64,000 bases of DNA from Paraspadella gotoi. Taxonomy: Eukaryota; Animalia; Chaetognatha. Shown here one piece after another: positions 37,185 through 50,912 of this stretch; positions within the stretch are counted from its first letter, which is position 1; each line of letters starts with the position of its first letter. The DNA lies in the NCBI GenBank assembly GCA_051294375.1, contig CM119269.1, positions 1-64,000 of the forward strand, given 5' to 3'. The position numbers and the translations under genes are program-made. The notes below the pieces were generated by a model. That model worked only from the letters and a program-made list of their open reading frames with translations, made no database searches and was not told where the DNA came from.

Positions 37185-37460
37185 ACTCCCGCCCACGCCA
37201 CAGACAAACCCTGCCTCGCCCAAACCCTACTTCCGCCCACAAATCCCACTCCCCGCCCACAAATCCCATTCCCGCCCACAATTCCCTTTCCACGCCCCAA
37301 TCTCATCTCCCGCTCGCACAATCTAATCAGCCCCAACTATCCCCGCCCACAACCCATCCCCACATCTACTCCCCGCCCACAATCCATTACCCACATCCTA
37401 TCGCCCACAATCCCTATCCCCGCCCACTAATCCCCACTCCCCGCCCACCAAACCTTCGCC
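37185..37460. repeat. ~20-bp GC-box minisatellite (TCCCGCCCACAA), mirrored at 45510-45790
   Basis: About 12 CCCGCCCAC cores in tandem. Confidence 0.85.
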
Positions 37461-37620
37461 ACGCCCCCCTATGTTCCCACGCGCCGCCTACCATTTTCGG
37501 TTTGATGCGTCTCTATCGTTTGGTTGACGTCGACATTTGCTTGCTGTTTTGTGCCCCATTTTTTTACTGCGGGTCTTCGTCGGTTCTTCTCTCCTCTCTC
37601 TCTCAACGTCTCTCTCTCCT

Positions 37621-37666
<46 letters not shown>

Positions 37667-37799
37667 CCCTTTGCCAACTTTTTTTCTTTTTTTTTTTTAC
37701 TTTTTATTTTTTTCTTTCTTTTTCGGCTGAACAACTCTCTCCTCTTTCCGAACTCAGTCTTCCTTTTTTCTTCCTTTTTCTTTGTCCTTCCTTTTTCCT

Positions 37800-38800
37800 T
37801 TTTCTTTTCCTCCTTCCACCTTTTTCTCTCATCCTTTTCCTTTTGCCTTCTCTTCGCTTTTTCTCATATTTCCTTTTTTCCTTTTTTTTCCTTCTCTCCT
37901 CCTTCCACCTTTCTCGATCTTCCTTTTTCTTTCCTTTCCTTTTCCTTTTATCCTCTTCCTCCTTCCACCTTTTCTCATCTCTTCTTTTTCTTTTCCTTTC
38001 CTTTTTCCTTTATCCTCTTCCTCCTCCACCTTTTCTCATCTCCTCCTTTTTCTTTTCCTTTCTTTTTCTTTATCCTCTTCCTCCTTCCACCTTTTCTCGT
38101 ATCTTCCTTTTTCTTCCTTTCCTTTTTCGCTTATCCTCGTTCCTCCTTCCACCTTTTCTCATATCTTCCTTTATCTTTTCCTTTCCTTTTTTCCTTTATC
38201 CTCTTCCTCTTTCACCTTTTCTCTTCTTCCTTTTTCTTTTCCTTTCCTTTTTCCTTTATCCTCTTCCTTTCCACCTTTTCTTCTTCCTTTTTCTTTTCCT
38301 TTCCTTTTTCCTTTTTCCTCTTCCTCCTTCCACCTTTTCTCAATTTCTTCCTTTTTCTTTTCCTTTCCTTTTCCTTTATCCTCTTCCTCTTCCACCTTTT
38401 CTCATATCTTCCTTTTTCTTTTCCTTTCCTTTTTCCTTTATCCTCTTCCTCCTTCCACTTTTCTCATTTCTTCCTTTTTCTTCCTTCCTTTTTCCTTTAT
38501 CCTCTTCCTCCTTCCACCTTTTCTCATAGCTTCTTTTTTCTTTTCTCCTTCCTTTCTTCCTTTATCCTCTTCCTCCTTCACCTTTTCTCGATATCTTCCT
38601 TTTTCTTTTCTTTCCTTTTTCCCTTATATCCTCTCCTCCTTTCCAACCTTTTCTCGTCTCTCTTTCCTTCTTCTTTAATCCTTCCACCTATCTTCCTCTT
38701 CCTTTCCTTTCTTTATTCTTCTCCTTCTCTTTTCTATCTTTCATTTTCTTCTTCTTTTTCCTTATCTCTCCTCCTTCCACCTTTTCCTCCGTATCTTTTT
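37800..38800. repeat. ~60-bp polypyrimidine satellite (CCTTCCACCTTTTCTC...CCTTTATCCTCTTCCT); purine-strand copies at 44230-45170 and 46000-47095
   Basis: Periodic CCTTCCACC and TTTATCCTCT motifs. Confidence 0.85.
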
Positions 38801-40177
38801 TTTCCTTTCCTTTTCCCTTCCTCTTCCATATGGTTCCTTTCTTTCTTTTCCTTCTCTTTCCTTCTTTCTCATTCTCTTTTCCCTTTCTTTTATTTATCCT
38901 CTCCGCCTACCTTTCTGTTTTACTTTTTCTCTTTCTTAACGCTGCCTCTTCAAGTGATCTTCTTTTGTGGCGTTAAGAATGTCTCTTTTTATTGAGCTAT
39001 CTTTTTTCGAGCGCTTGGGAATGGTTGTTCCGAGAAAGGGCATGATATACAGGCGTTAGGTAGAGGATTCGTTCGTTATGGGAAATATTTGCTTTTTTTG
39101 TGGATCTAAACGACGGGTATTTTGTTTGAAAAAATAGGGATTTTGTAATAAATGGCGCATTTATTAAAAAGATTTGATTAAAAATGATTGCATTTTTGAT
39201 CAAAAACGACCACCATTGCATCAGTGCGAATGGGAATAACAGCATTGGTTGAGGGGAAAAGATGGTATTTTGAGGATCGTAAATTATGGCCTTTTTAGTG
39301 TGACAAAAAGTATTATTGTTATATAGTATATATAATTATATATACGTATTAGTATCCTATTAATTAAATTCAATAGTTCAAAGATTATTTGTTCATTATA
39401 TGTAATTTTGTATTTACGACACAATGAAAAAATAACGTGCAGCGAAAACGGTCTCTGCTTGATTTTGTCCCTTTAAAATCGTTTCTGAGCCAAATTAATT
39501 GATCACTACTTGGTAATATGCTGCGATATACACTACTGGACATATCTGTATCTGACATAACCGTGACCATTCAACAAAAAAGCTAACAGATCAAAAATAG
39601 TAAAAAGCATGAAGCAAGTGATAGCTCGAAACGCTTTACAAAATTTTAGACCATGCTTATAAATGCAAAAAAAAATTATTAATATTATTAAAACCAAAAC
39701 TTTAAACGCATAACCTAATAGTTAACGAGACAAGAGAAATATTTTTTAACCCAATTCATTTCACTCAATTATATTATGAATCATTTGTTTGTAATTAGTC
39801 AATTAATCTAAATAATAATATGACAAATTCATTTTCAATTTTCTTTATGAATGGGAAGTTTTCTCTTGCCTTACTCCCTGTGGTCTAATTATTTAATATT
39901 TTAAAGGTATTTTTCATAAAACCTTATATAATGTACTATATGTTCACTTTTTTTTCAATTCTTTCAAACAAAAAACAACATCGATAAAAAAACATTTTAA
40001 ATTAATAAAAAATGAATTGAATGATTTTGGAAAAAAGAAATATTTTGAAACTTGTAGAATAATGGATCAGTTGAGTCAGAGAAAAAAATTTTGCAATTTT
40101 AAAAAATCAGCTCTAGCCTTTCGATGTTTTCTATAGGCTTGATTTTTTTTATTTTTTTGATATTTTTAATTTTCTAT

Positions 40178-40227
<50 letters not shown>

Positions 40228-41181
40228 ATTATTCTCACATGAGCATAGGCGGCATGAAATTTTTTTCCCAACAATTTGAAAAATTTCAAACTTTCTAATT
40301 AGGCTTTGTGGGGAAATAAATTAAATAAATTATTATACGATGGTACATCTGAAAGTGATATGTCTCTAAATCGACAAAAAATTTCTTCAAAGTTTTTTTT
40401 TTGAAATTTAAAGTATATGTACCAACAGAAATAAGTTGAGATACTCCCGCTTTCGCCAAAAAATTTTTTATTTAACAAAGATTGTACTGCGTAATTTTTA
40501 AAAACACACATTCTATTCTTTTGAAAGAAAAGAGGTAGCAAGGGGGATGTGGTATCAAAATTAAAGCCCTAACATGGGACACCTTTCTAAAAAGAGTTTT
40601 ATTAAATTAAATCCATAAATTTACACGAGCTTTGAAATCAGAGTTAAAAAAGGTATAAACAGTTTTTGCTTAAAATTTCAAGAAGACATATGAAATTTTT
40701 TTCTTTTTCTTTTTGTAATTTGAAGAAAAGAAGAACCTGAATTTTACCAATTTTTGTTTTTATTTTATTTAAATTTTTTTTTATTTCCACCCAAAAAATT
40801 GCTTATATTTTTCAGTTATAAGTAAAAACAAGCAAAAATATGGTTGTAGCTTTGATAAAATATATTTTTAAATATTAAAAATGATAAATTACAAAATGGC
40901 TTTTCAGCTTGATATAAACAGTCTGACATCTACCTTCTTGTCTGTTGAAAAAAAAATTTCGTCATTTTTTCATTATCTTGAACTGCAAACTAAAAGCTTG
41001 ACACACTGCTTGTTTATCATATCTAAAAGTTGTAAAAAATTATATAGTGGTAACATATTTGGACAAAGCAAAACATGATCTGTGTTCCTTTTCCTCTAAT
41101 TTTCCAAAGTTTTTCTTTTTGTTTCCGACTCTAAATCCTAATCAGTCATGAACATCAAATTGATCCTTTCTCCCGGTATTT

Positions 41182-41256
<75 letters not shown>

Positions 41257-41929
41257 CCTCTCTCTCTCTCTCTCCTCTCTCTCTCTGCATTTCTCCCCTC
41301 CGACCTCCCTCCTTCCCTCGTTCGGGAAATTCCTAATCCCGAACCGAACATAAAACATTCTGCATCAAACAGTAATGCGGATGGAGGAAGGGGAGTGAGA
41401 GGAAAGGAAAAAGGAGAATGAGGAGAAAGAATGGGGAAGGGAAGATAGAGAGAAGGAGAGAGACAGAGAGAGAGATAGAGAGAAACAGAGAAACAGAGAG
41501 ATACAGAGATCATGCGTGTCTCGCTGTCCATGTCCCTTAAGCGTGATCACATCTCAACTTCTACTATTATTCTTTCTTATCTAATTTTTTTTTTGTTATT
41601 TTTATTTTCTTAATTCTTTACTATGTATTTTATATTTTTCCTTTCTATTCTTTTAATTTTATTTATTTATTTGTATATAACTTTGTTTAAAAGTTTCTTG
41701 AACAAAAAATATTCAATCTAATTCATAATTCCGTCGATATCAACTCTACTTTGAGATACATTACATCATTGTTGGAATTTTACAATTTTACAGTAATAAG
41801 TATCAAATGGTAGAATAACCAGCCATTCAAAAAATCTAAAAATAGAATCTGATGAATAAACAATTTTGATTTAAAAAAAAAGTTGTTTGATCCACCATAT
41901 CAATATTCTCTCTTTCTTTTTCTCTCTCA

Positions 41930-42030
<101 letters not shown>

Positions 42031-42990
42031 TTCCCCATATCCATTTCCCCATTTTCTTCGTTGATGAATTTTACCCGACAATTGCTTCCTAGGGATTTTT
42101 CTCCAAAACGACAGAATTCCTTCCCTCACCTAACACAGATCATGTTTTGCTTTGTCCAAATATGTTACCACTATATAATTTTTTACAACTTTTAGATATG
42201 ATAAACAAGCAGTGTGTCAAGCTTTTAGTTTGCAGTTCAAGATAATGAAAAAATGACGAAATTTTTTTTTCAACAGACAAGAAGGTAGATGTCAGACTGT
42301 TTATATCAAGCTGAAAAGCCATTTTGTAATTTATCATTTTTAATATTTAAAAATATATTTTATCAAAGCTACAACCATATTTTTGCTTGTTTTTACTTAT
42401 AACTGAAAAATATAAGCAATTTTTTGGGTGGAAATAAAAAAAAATTTAAATAAAATAAAAACAAAAATTGGTAAAATTCAGGTTCTTCTTTTCTTCAAAT
42501 TACAAAAAGAAAAAGAAAAAAATTTCATATGTCTTCTTGAAATTTTAAGCAAAAACTGTTTATACCTTTTTTAACTCTGATTTCAAAGCTCGTGTAAATT
42601 TATGGATTTAATTTAATAAAACTCTTTTTAGAAAGGTGTCCCATGTTAGGGCTTTAATTTTGATACCACATCCCCCTTGCTACCTCTTTTCTTTCAAAAG
42701 AATAGAATGTGTGTTTTTAAAAATTACGCAGTACAATCTTTGTTAAATAAAAAATTTTTTGGCGAAAGCGGGAGTATCTCAACTTATTTCTGTTGGTACA
42801 TATACTTTAAATTTCAAAAAAAAAACTTTGAAGAAATTTTTTGTCGATTTAGAGACATATCACTTTCAGATGTACCATCGTATAATAATTTATTTAATTT
42901 ATTTCCCCACAAAGCCTAATTAGAAAGTTTGAAATTTTTCAAATTGTTGGGAAAAAAATTTCATGCCGCCTATGCTCATGTGAGAATAAT

Positions 42991-43040
<50 letters not shown>

Positions 43041-46000
43041 ATAGAAAATTAAAAATATCAAAAAAATAAAAAAAATCAAGCCTATAGAAAACATCGAAAG
43101 GCTAGAGCTGATTTTTTAAAATTGCAAAATTTTTTTCTCTGACTCAACTGATCCATTATTCTACAAGTTTCAAAATATTTCTTTTTTCCAAAATCATTCA
43201 ATTCATTTTTTATTAATTTAAAATGTTTTTTTATCGATGTTGTTTTTTGTTTGAAAGAATTGAAAAAAAAGTGAACATATAGTACATTATATAAGGTTTT
43301 ATGAAAAATACCTTTAAAATATTAAATAATTAGACCACAGGGAGTAAGGCAAGAGAAAACTTCCCATTCATAAAGAAAATTGAAAATGAATTTGTCATAT
43401 TATTATTTAGATTAATTGACTAATTACAAACAAATGATTCATAATATAATTGAGTGAAATGAATTGGGTTAAAAAATATTTCTCTTGTCTCGTTAACTAT
43501 TAGGTTATGCGTTTAAAGTTTTGGTTTTAATAATATTAATAATTTTTTTTTGCATTTATAAGCATGGTCTAAAATTTTGTAAAGCGTTTCGAGCTATCAC
43601 TTGCTTCATGCTTTTTACTATTTTTGATCTGTTAGCTTTTTTGTTGAATGGTCACGGTTATGTCAGATACAGATATGTCCAGTAGTGTATATCGCAGCAT
43701 ATTACCAAGTAGTGATCAATTAATTTGGCTCAGAAACGATTTTAAAGGGACAAAATCAAGCAGAGACCGTTTTCGCTGCACGTTATTTTTTCAGTTGTAA
43801 TATACAAAATACATATATTCGAACAATAATCTTTGAACATATTGAATTTAATTAATAGAGATACTATATACGTATATATATTATATATATATATAACATA
43901 ATATTTTTTGTCAGCACTAAAGCCATAATTACGATCCTCAAAATACCATCTTTTCCCTCAACCAATGCTGTTAATTCCATTCGCACTGATGCAATGGTGT
44001 CGTTTGATACATGACAAAATGACGTCCTTTGATCTACAAATACCCTATTTTTTTCAAACAAAATACCCGTCGTTTAGATCCACAAAAAAGCAATATTTTC
44101 CCATAGACGAAATGCCGTTATTCCCTTCGTAACAACTAACGCCGATCTTTTTCTACACAAAATGGCATCTCTTCCGTCCACAACACAAAGATCCTCTAAC
44201 AGCCTCGAGAAAAAAAAGAAATAAGAAGAAAGAAGAACTTAAAGGAAGGAAAAGGAAGATACGAGGAGGTGGAAAAGGATAGGAAGAGGAATAAAGGAAA
44301 AAAGGAAAGAAAAAGAAAAGGAAGATACGAGAAAAGGTGGAAAGGAGGAAGAGGATAAAGGAAAAAGGAAAGAAAAAGAAAAAGGAAGATCGAGAAAAGG
44401 TGGAAGGAGGAAGAGGATAAAGGAAAAAGGAAGGAAAAGAAAAAAGAAAGCATGAGAAAAGGTGGAAGGAGGAAGAGGATAAAGGAAAAAGTGAAGGAAA
44501 GAAAAAGGGAAGAACCTTATGAGAAAAGGTGGAAGGAGGAAGAGGATAAAGGAAAAAGGAAAGGAAAAGAAAAAGGAAGATATGAGAAAGGTGGAAGGAG
44601 GAGAGGATAAAGGAAAAGGAAAGGAAAAGAAAAAGGAAGAGATGAGAAAAGTGGAAAGGAGGAAAGAGGAAAAAGGAAAAAGGAAAGGAAAAGAAAAAGG
44701 AAGAAGAAAAGGTGGAAGGAGGCAAGAGGATAAAGGAAAAAGGAAAGGAAAAGAAAAAGGAAGATACGAGAAAAGGTGGAAAAGGAAGAGGATAAAGGAA
44801 AAAAGGAAAGGAAAAGATAAAGGAAGAGTATGAGAAAAGGTGGAAGAGGAAGAGGATAAAGGAAAAAGGAAAGGAAGAGAAAAAGGAAGATATAGAGAAA
44901 AGGTGGAAGGAGGAAGAGGATAAAGAAAAAGAAGGGAAAAGAAAAAAGAGAGGAGAGAGAAAAGGTGGAGAGGAGGAAGAGGATAAAGGAAAAAGGAAAG
45001 GAAAAGAAAAGAAGATATGAGAAAAGGTGGAAGGAGGAAGAGGATAAAGGAAAAGGAAAGGAAAGAAAAGGAAGATCGAGAAAGGTGGAAGGAGGAAGAG
45101 GAATAAAGGAAAAAAGGAAAGGAAAAGAAAGGAAGGAAGAATGAGAGAGATGAAAGGTGGAAGGAGGAAAAAAAAAAGAAAAGAAAGGACAAAGAAAAAG
45201 GAAGAAAAAAGGAAGACTTAGTTTCGGAAAGAGGAGAGAGTTTGTTCAGCGAAAAGAAAGAAAAAAATAAAAAGTAAAAAAAAAAATAAAAAAAAGTTGG
45301 CAAAGGGAAGAGGAGAGAGAGAGAAGAGAGAGAAGAGAGAGAGAGAGAGAGAAGGAGAGAGAGAGGAGAGAGAGAGAGAGAAGACCGACGAAGACCCGCA
45401 GTAAAAAAATGGGGCACAAAACAGCAAGCAAATGTCGACGCTCACCAAACGATAGAGACCGCATCAAACCGGAAATGGTGGCGGCCGCCGTGGGAACATA
45501 GGGGGGCGTTGGCGAAGGTTTGCGTGGGCGGGGAGTGGGATTGTGGGCGGGGAAGGGATTGTGGGCGGGGTGGAGTGAATGGATGTGGGCGGGGAAGTAG
45601 TTGTGGGCGGGATGGGATTGTGGGCGGGGAGTAGTTCGGTGGCGGGATTGGTGTTGGTCGGGAGGAGAGATTGTGGGCGGGGAAAGGGAATTGTGCGGCG
45701 GGGAATGGGATTTGTGGGCGGGGAGTGGGATTTGTGGGCGGAAGTAGGGTTTGGGCGTAGGCAGGGTTTGTCTGTGGCGTGGGCGGGAGTTTGCATTTAA
45801 GTGTTGGAGATTAAGGAAGGGATTAGGAAGGATTAGGAAGGATTAAAAATGTGTAGACAATGGAATGTATTGAAGTGACATAAATAATGAAGTGATTTTG
45901 TTGAATGATGAAGTGATCTAATAAAGAGGTGATGTGAATGGAATATAAGTGATATAAGTGGATATATAGTNNNNNNNNNNNNNNNNNNNNNNNNNTCGAG

Positions 46001-47727
46001 AACAGGTGGAAGGAGGGCAGAGGATAAAAGGAAAAGGAAAGAAAGGAACAAATGGAGATACGAAGAAAAGGTGGACAGGAGGAAGGAGGATAAAGGAAAT
46101 AGGAAATCGGAAATACGCAAAACAAGGAAGAAGATGAGAAAGGTGGCATCTCGTCAGGGGAAGTCAGGATAAAAGGAAACAAGGAAGGAAAAGAAAAAGG
46201 AAGACCACGCAGAAAAGGTTGGATCTCCGTAGGAAGGAAGAGGATAATGGCATACAAAGTGACTAAGGAAAAAGATCAATCATATGCGTACACGTCTCAT
46301 CTCTCTACCTTCCCCCTTTTCAAGTCTCTAACCTCCCCCGTTCGCATCTCTGCCAACCAGAGAGAGAATTCGTTGATCATCTAGGAGGCAGAGGATAAGG
46401 AAAAAGGAAAAGAAAGAAAAGGAAAGATCAGAAAAGGTGGAAGGAGAGAGGATAAAGGAAAAAGAAAGGAAAAGAAAAGGAAGAGATGAGAAAAGTGGAA
46501 GGAGGAAAGAGGATAAAGGAAAAAGGAAGGAAAAGAAAAAGGGAGATGAAGAAAGGTGGAAGGAGGAGAGGATAAAGGAAAAAGGAAAGGAAAAGAAAAA
46601 GGAAGATATGAAAAGGTGGAGGAGGAAGAGGATGAAGGAAAGGAAAGGGAAAGAAAAGGAAGAGATGAGAAAAGGTGGAAGGAGGAAGAGGATAAAAGGG
46701 AAAAAGGAAAGGAAAAGAAAAAGGAAGACACGAGAAAGGTGGAAGGAAGGAAGAGGATAAGGAAAAGAAGGAAAGAGAATAGAAAAGGAAGATATGAAAA
46801 AGGTGGAAGGAGGAAGAGGAAAGAGGAAAAGAGAAAGAAAAAGGAAGAGATACGAGAAATAGGTGGACAGGAGGAAAAGAATAAGAAAAAGAAGGAAAGA
46901 GCTAAAAAGGAGGAGATGAGAAAGGTGGATGAGGATGTAAGAGGATAAAGGAAAAAGGAAGCGGAAAAGAAAAGAAGATATGTATGAAAGGTGGAAGGAG
47001 GAAGAGGAAATAAAGGAAAGGAAAGGAATAGGAAAGAAGATGAGAAAGTTGGAAGGAGGAAGAGGATAAAGGAAAAAGAAAGGAAAAGAAAGGAAGAGAG
47101 ATGAGACTGCCTCCTTCCACCTTTTCTCGTATCTTCCTTTTTCTTTCCTTTAATTCTTTTTCTTCTTATTTCTTTTTTTTCCTCGAGGCTTTAGAGGAAT
47201 TTGGTTGTGTCGACGGAAGAGATGGCATTTTGTGGATAGAAAAGATGGCGTTAGTGTAGAAGGAATTAACGGCATTTCGTTATTGGGAAATATTGCTTTT
47301 TGTGGATCTAAACGACGGTATTTTGTTGAAGAAAAATAGGGTATTTTGTAGATCAAAACACCATTGCATCAGTGCGAATGGAATTAACAGCATTGGTTGA
47401 GGGAAAAGATGGTATTTTGAGGATCGTAATTATGGCTTTAGTGCTGACAAAAAATATTATGTATATAATATATATAATATATATACGTATATAGTATCTC
47501 TAATTAATTAAATTCAATAGTTCAAAGATATTTTCATTAATATGTATTTTGTATTTACAACGAAAATATTTCTAAAAGCTCTTGGTCTTTAACTCAGCGA
47601 CAATGAATGACAAATCTGTTTCTTTCTCGGAAAACAAATGTTTTTTGTTTCTTGTTTCTTGTTTCGCTTCGACCTTTCGATCCCCGATTTCCGTCGCGCG
47701 ATATTTTTGTCGTCGGCAATAAAAACC

Positions 47728-48480
47728 GGCAGAGTCGGCAACGACGTCAGAGTCGGCAGAGTCGGTAACAACATCAGATTCTGCAACGACTTCAGAGTCA
47801 GCAGAGTCGGTAACAACGTCAGAGTTGGCAACGACGTCAGAGTCTGCAGAGTCGGTAACAACGTCAGATTCTGCAACGACATCAGAGTCAGCAGAATCGG
47901 TAACAACGTCAGAGTCGGCAATGACATCAGAGTCGGCAGAGTCGGCAAAGACGTCAGAGTCGGCAATGATGGCAGAGTCGGCAACGACGTCAGAGTCGGC
48001 AGAGTCGGTAACAACGTCAGAGTCTGCAATGACTTTCAGAGTTCAGCAGAGTCGGTAACAACGTCGAGTCGGCATGACATCAGAGTCGGCAAGAGTCGGC
48101 AAAGACGTTCAGAGTCGGCAATGATGGCAGAGTCGCAACGACGTCAGAGTTCAGCAGAGTTGGCAAACGACATCAGAGTTTTGGCAGAGGTTGGCAATGA
48201 TGGTCAGGAGGTCAGCAGAGTCAGCAACGAGCTTCAGAGTCAGCAGAGTCGGCAATGGCGTGCAGAGTCGGCAGAATCGGCAATGATGTCAGAGTCTGCA
48301 GAGTTGGTTACAATGTCAGAGTCGGCAAACACATGTCGAAGGTCGGCTGAGCGGCAACGATGGGCGTAAATTCGGGGCGAGTCGCAACGAGATCAGATTC
48401 GGCAGAATCGGCAATGTAAACAAAGTCGGAAAAGTCGACATGATCGGCGGAGTCGGTGGAGTCGGCAAAGTCGGCAAAGT
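47728..48480. repeat. Minisatellite built from 9-bp units (GCAGAGTCG / GCAACGACG / TCAGAGTCG)
   Basis: Visible 9/18/27-bp periodicity that decays towards the right. Confidence 0.9.
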
Positions 48481-49004
48481 GGGCGCAGTCCGCATTGTTG
48501 TTCACTGAACCGAAAAGCGACGCTGAACACACAAAGATAACAACAACAACAACAAGGACAAAAAAGGAGGCGTGTCACAGATTTTTTTTTAGGTTAGATT
48601 TGAATTGTTGTTGTCGTTGTAGCTGTTGTCACTGTTGTTTTTGCTTTTTAGTTTCTATTCAATATCATAATTTATTACCGGAAAAATTGTAAGAGTCTTG
48701 TAGTGACGTGACGTGACGTGTAGTGACGTCTTGTAGTAGTGATAAAGAATGATTCGTGTCTCACCCCGAGGCCATAGAAAATACAAATGATTTTCTACAC
48801 GTAATGAGATTTTGAAATTGTTAACCGAAAAAACAAAACCAGGACAAAATTAAGTTTGCTTAAAGCGAAAACTAATCAAAATCAGAGACAAAAACAAAAA
48901 AGAAAAAAAAACATAAGAAAAGAAATAAAAATTCCGAAAGCGAATTTAAAATTAATTTTAAATGAAAATCGCGGTTAAGATCAACGATTTTTCCGTCGTC
49001 GTTT

Positions 49005-49036
<32 letters not shown>

Positions 49037-49157
49037 TTTTTAAAACCTAAAAAACCGAGAGTGCAGTAACCAAACATAAAAAATAAAGGAAATGAAAATA
49101 AAAGAATAAGAAAAAAGGTTTTTGCATCGGATCTTTGGAGATTGCGTTTGAAACAAA

Positions 49158-49250
49158 TTCGGATTGAGAGGTCCCGAGTTCGAATCTCGCCGGGGCACCG
49201 AGGTTTATCAGATTTGCCTGGAACCTCTGACGCCGGCGGGAAAAAAAAAA
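49158..49250 (+). mobile_element. 5'-truncated tRNA-Pro-like SINE fragment with A tail
   Basis: TTCGGATTGAGAGGTCCCGAGTTCGAATCTCG resembles the tRNA-Pro 3' half (B box), followed by a ~40-nt body and A10. Confidence 0.45.
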
Positions 49251-50349
49251 CTTTTTCTTATGGAAACAAAATTTCTTTTTTATTCTTTTATGCGTTGAAC
49301 GTAAAATGGATGCAGCTTCCTTGGATTAACATTTTAAATACAAATTAAATTAAATCCATTTTCAAACCATAAATGTATGTTAAAATCATTTCCCTTAAGT
49401 TTGTTTTGTAACCTAAGGCATAATTAAATTTTTATTTTTAAAAAAGTTGATCCACTTATGAAAAGATAATCAGAAAATATGTAAATCTACAAACTTTCAA
49501 AAAAATCAATCAAAATTACAAATATTTTAAATTAAAAATATTGAAAAAAGGCAGCATCGAATTGAAAAGAAATATCCTTTTTCTCTTTTCGATGTCAGAA
49601 AGCGCATGACGAGGAGATATTGAGTTTGAGAGAGAGAGNNNNNNNNNNAGAGAGAGAGAGAGAGATAGATAAACTTCTTTCAACTTCAGGGTATCTTAGT
49701 TTCGAATATATTGAAAGGGACAAAAGAAAACGTTTTATTTGCAGAATTTTTATTTTTTTCGCCTTCAGTTTATGAAATTATGAAAATTCGATTATCTTTT
49801 TGCGTTGTACCTGAAAACTATATTTTTATCAATAATCTAAAAAGAACATTAGGAGTAAGTTTGTAACTTTGCTTCCTTTTCGTTTTTACTATTTTCGACC
49901 CCGACGAAGCAGAAGCGAATAAAATTTGATCTTGACGTCTCAAACTTATTCCATTTTGAATTCCGATTTTTTTTAACCTTTTTTTTTCAAACCTTTTTTC
50001 CTATTTTTTTAACCATTTCAAGGTTTCCATTTTTCTACTTATCTTTTTTACATCCATTTTCTTATCTGTTTTATCTATTTTCTTATCTGTTTTATCCATT
50101 TTCTTTTCTGTTTTATCCATTTTTTTATCCCTTTTCTCTTCTTGTCTATTTTTTTACTTAGGTTTTATCTATTTCCACCTTTTTTATCTTTTATTTTATT
50201 TCTTTTCTAACATATTTCATAACATAAGACATTTCTTAAACCAACAAAGCCTGTCCAAAGTCAGGGGCAAGATAGATTATTTATTAAATGAATAGATAAT
50301 TTTTATTTTGGTTGTAACAATTTAATATCTTTCCAGTTAATATAACATG

Positions 50350-50670
50350 TCTTTTCTATCACATATTATTTTTATCACATCCCTCTTCAGTCACATCCCT
50401 TTTCTATCACATCCTGTCTCTACCATGTTGCTTTTCTATCACATCCCTTTTCTATCACATTCTGTCTCTACCATGTTGTTCTTCTATCACATCCCTTTTC
50501 TATCACATCCTGTCTCTACCATGTTGCTCTTCTATCACATCCATTTTCTATCACATCCTGTCTCTACCATGTTGTTCTTCTATCACATCCCTTTTCTATC
50601 ACATCCTGTCTCTACCATGTTGCTCTTCTATCACATCCATTTTCTATCACATCCTGTCTCTACCATTCCT
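50350..50670. repeat. 48-bp minisatellite (3 x 16-bp subunits), ~6 copies
   Basis: TTCTATCACATCCCTT-TTCTATCACATCCTGT-CTCTACCATGTTGCTC is repeated. Confidence 0.92.
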
Positions 50671-50781
50671 TTTGCATCACTTTTCCTATTTTTTTAACTT
50701 TTATGGTTTTCGCTCAGTTGAATTTGGCGAAGGAGAAGCGAGGCCAGGGATTCCGCCTCCTTCACCATTCTTTTATATTAT

Positions 50782-50860
<79 letters not shown>

Positions 50861-50872
50861 AGAAAGAAAGAA

Positions 50873-50912
<40 letters not shown>

